From NCBI GenBank assembly GCA_022565655.1, contig JAIUMG010000052.1, positions 1 to 13,610 of the forward strand: a stretch of DNA of 13,610 nucleotides, given 5' to 3'. The number at the start of each line of letters is the position of its first letter. Position 1 is the first letter of the stretch. Shown piece after piece: positions 11,958 to 13,610 of this stretch. Under the pieces are notes generated by a model that did not search any database, was not told where the DNA came from, and saw only the letters and a list, made by a program, of their open reading frames with translations. The position numbers were made by a program, and so were the translations under genes. This stretch comes from Alkalimonas sp. GTDB taxonomy: Bacteria; Pseudomonadota; Gammaproteobacteria; Enterobacterales; Alteromonadaceae.

Positions 11958-13610
11958 TTACTCGTCGAGGAAGCTTTTCAGTACCTCGGAGCGGGAAGGG
12001 TGACGCAGCTTGCGCAGCGCCTTGGCTTCAATTTGCCGGATCCGTTCACGGGTCACGTCAAACTGTTTGCCCACTTCTTCCAGTGTGTGGTCGGTATTCA
12101 TATCAATACCGAATCGCATCCGCAGCACTTTGGCTTCACGTGCCGTCAGGCCAGCCAATACTTCGTTGGTGGCGTTTTTCAGGCTTTCCATGGTGGCAGA
12201 ATCCAGCGGTGATTCACCGCCGACATCTTCGATAAAATCGCCCAGATGCGAATCTTCATCATCGCCAATGGGGGTTTCCATCGAAATCGGCTCTTTGGCG
12301 ATCTTCAGCACCTTACGGATCTTGTCTTCAGGCATCAACATGCGTTCGGACAATTCTTCCGGGGTTGGCTCGCGGCCCATCTCCTGCAACATCTGCCGTG
12401 AAATACGGTTCAGCTTGTTGATGGTCTCGATCATGTGCACCGGGATACGAATGGTGCGAGCCTGGTCGGCGATGGAGCGGGTAATGGCTTGTCGGATCCA
12501 CCAGGTCGCATAAGTAGAGAACTTATAGCCACGGCGATATTCGAATTTATCCACTGCTTTCATCAAACCGATGTTACCTTCCTGAATTAAATCCAGGAAT
12601 TGCAAGCCACGGTTGGTGTATTTTTTCGCGATAGAAATTACCAGGCGCAAGTTGGCTTCGACCATTTCTTTCTTGGCTCGACGCGCTTTGGCTTCACCAA
12701 TCGACATACGACGGTTGATGTCTTTGATTTTGGCAATACTCAGGCCGGTTTCTTCTTCAACCTTTTTCAGTTTCTCGATGCAGCGGTAGAGATCATCCTG
12801 GAATTCCGCTAATTTTGCAGCATGTGGCTTTGAACCAGCGACTTCGGCATCGATCCAGGCTGCAGAGGTTTCATTGCCGGTGAAGGCTTTGACAAAAGCT
12901 TTTTTCGGCATTTTAGCGTGTTCAACGCTGTGCTTCATGATCAGCCGCTCTTGCACCCGAACCCGATCCATCATTTCACGCATGTTTTTGACCAAGCGAT
13001 CAAATTGCTTGGGCACCAGGCGGAAACAACGGAATACTTCACTTAACTTCAGAATTTCTTCTTTGGTGGTCGCGTGTTCACGGCCATTGTTGACAATGGA
13101 ATGGCGGGTGACTTCGTATTGCTGTTGTAACTCACCAAACTTAACGCGAGCAACTTCCGGATCTGGCCCGGTATCACCATCATCGGCATCGTCGTCGTCA
13201 TCATCATCGTCATCGCTATCATCATCGGATGCACTTTCAGGCACTTCAGAGCCAATGTTGGTGGCAATGACCGGTGCTTCATCCAGTTCATTCGGATCGA
13301 CAAAGGCAGTGACAATGTCACTCAAACGCATTTGGTCTGCTTCGTATTTATCCCATAAATCAAGTAAATAGGTTATGGCTTCAGGGTACTCAGCGACAGA
13401 TGTCTGCACCTGATTAATGCCATCTTCAATACGCTTGGCAATTTCAATTTCACCATCACGGGTCAGTAGTTCTACTGTGCCCATTTCCCGCATGTACATC
13501 CGAACCGGATCCGTAGTGCGACCCAGCTCTTTGTCCACACTAACCAAGGCCTGAGCCGCTTCTTCAGCGGCATCGTCATCGGCGGCGGCATCAGCCATGA
13601 TCAAGTCATC
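11958..13610 (-). CDS. rpoD: RNA polymerase primary sigma factor RpoD (sigma-70), 5'-truncated by the window edge
   Basis: Long stretches match E. coli RpoD as I recall it: [104 protein letters not shown], and [32 protein letters not shown]. The frame stays open to nt 13610, so roughly 60-70 N-terminal residues lie outside the window. Stop is TAA at 11958-11960. Confidence 0.97.
   Translation of the reverse strand, partial: DDLIMADAAADDDAAEEAAQALVSVDKELGRTTDPVRMYMREMGTVELLTRDGEIEIAKRIEDGINQVQTSVAEYPEAITYLLDLWDKYEADQMRLSDIVTAFVDPNELDEAPVIATNIGSEVPESASDDDSDDDDDDDDDADDGDTGPDPEVARVKFGELQQQYEVTRHSIVNNGREHATTKEEILKLSEVFRCFRLVPKQFDRLVKNMREMMDRVRVQERLIMKHSVEHAKMPKKAFVKAFTGNETSAAWIDAEVAGSKPHAAKLAEFQDDLYRCIEKLKKVEEETGLSIAKIKDINRRMSIGEAKARRAKKEMVEANLRLVISIAKKYTNRGLQFLDLIQEGNIGLMKAVDKFEYRRGYKFSTYATWWIRQAITRSIADQARTIRIPVHMIETINKLNRISRQMLQEMGREPTPEELSERMLMPEDKIRKVLKIAKEPISMETPIGDDEDSHLGDFIEDVGGESPLDSATMESLKNATNEVLAGLTAREAKVLRMRFGIDMNTDHTLEEVGKQFDVTRERIRQIEAKALRKLRHPSRSEVLKSFLDE

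Noticed and set aside
12010-13371. Long plus-strand ORFs (12010-12513, 167 aa; 12874-13371, 165 aa; and smaller ones) opposite rpoD
   Set aside because: These are antisense shadow frames of a very strongly conserved gene. Their translations are Ser/Arg-rich low-complexity sequence with no recognisable motif and no Shine-Dalgarno.
1-13610. CRISPR arrays, IS elements, long direct or tandem repeats
   Set aside because: Reading both strands, I saw no regularly spaced repeats, terminal inverted repeats or transposase-like ORFs. The only repetitive DNA is the short GAT/GAC codon tract in rpoD.

Overview
This window is a gammaproteobacterial chromosomal segment. The taxon call rests on RpoD being near-identical to enterobacterial sigma-70 in regions 2-4, plus MtfA and an ileX-like tRNA. 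I call 15 CDS, 1 tRNA, 2 intrinsic terminators and a few candidate promoters or operators. I saw no transposase, integrase, CRISPR array or long repeat. Left to right: mtfA (5' partial), a TIGR03643/DUF2805 gene, and a membrane-anchored GGEEF diguanylate cyclase. Then come a CcdA plus periplasmic thioredoxin pair and an AraC/cupin regulator. Divergent from the regulator is a tightly overlapping operon (4675-9258): unknown 149-aa protein, HD-GYP phosphodiesterase with a C-terminal zinc ribbon, NrtS-like mini membrane protein, DinB-like protein, an NRDE(TANGO2-like)::lysophospholipid-acyltransferase fusion, and an OlsB-like N-acyltransferase. After it lie a DUF502 membrane protein, a CAU-anticodon tRNA that looks like tRNA-Ile2, and a slightly lower-GC pair (outer-membrane beta-barrel plus half-size PstS-like protein). 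A bidirectional terminator and rpoD (5' partial at the right edge) close the window. The best candidate for an undescribed system is the AraC-divergent operon, which joins c-di-GMP turnover to amino-acid-lipid synthesis and contains the NRDE::acyltransferase fusion. All family assignments come from motifs I recognise by eye, not from database searches.
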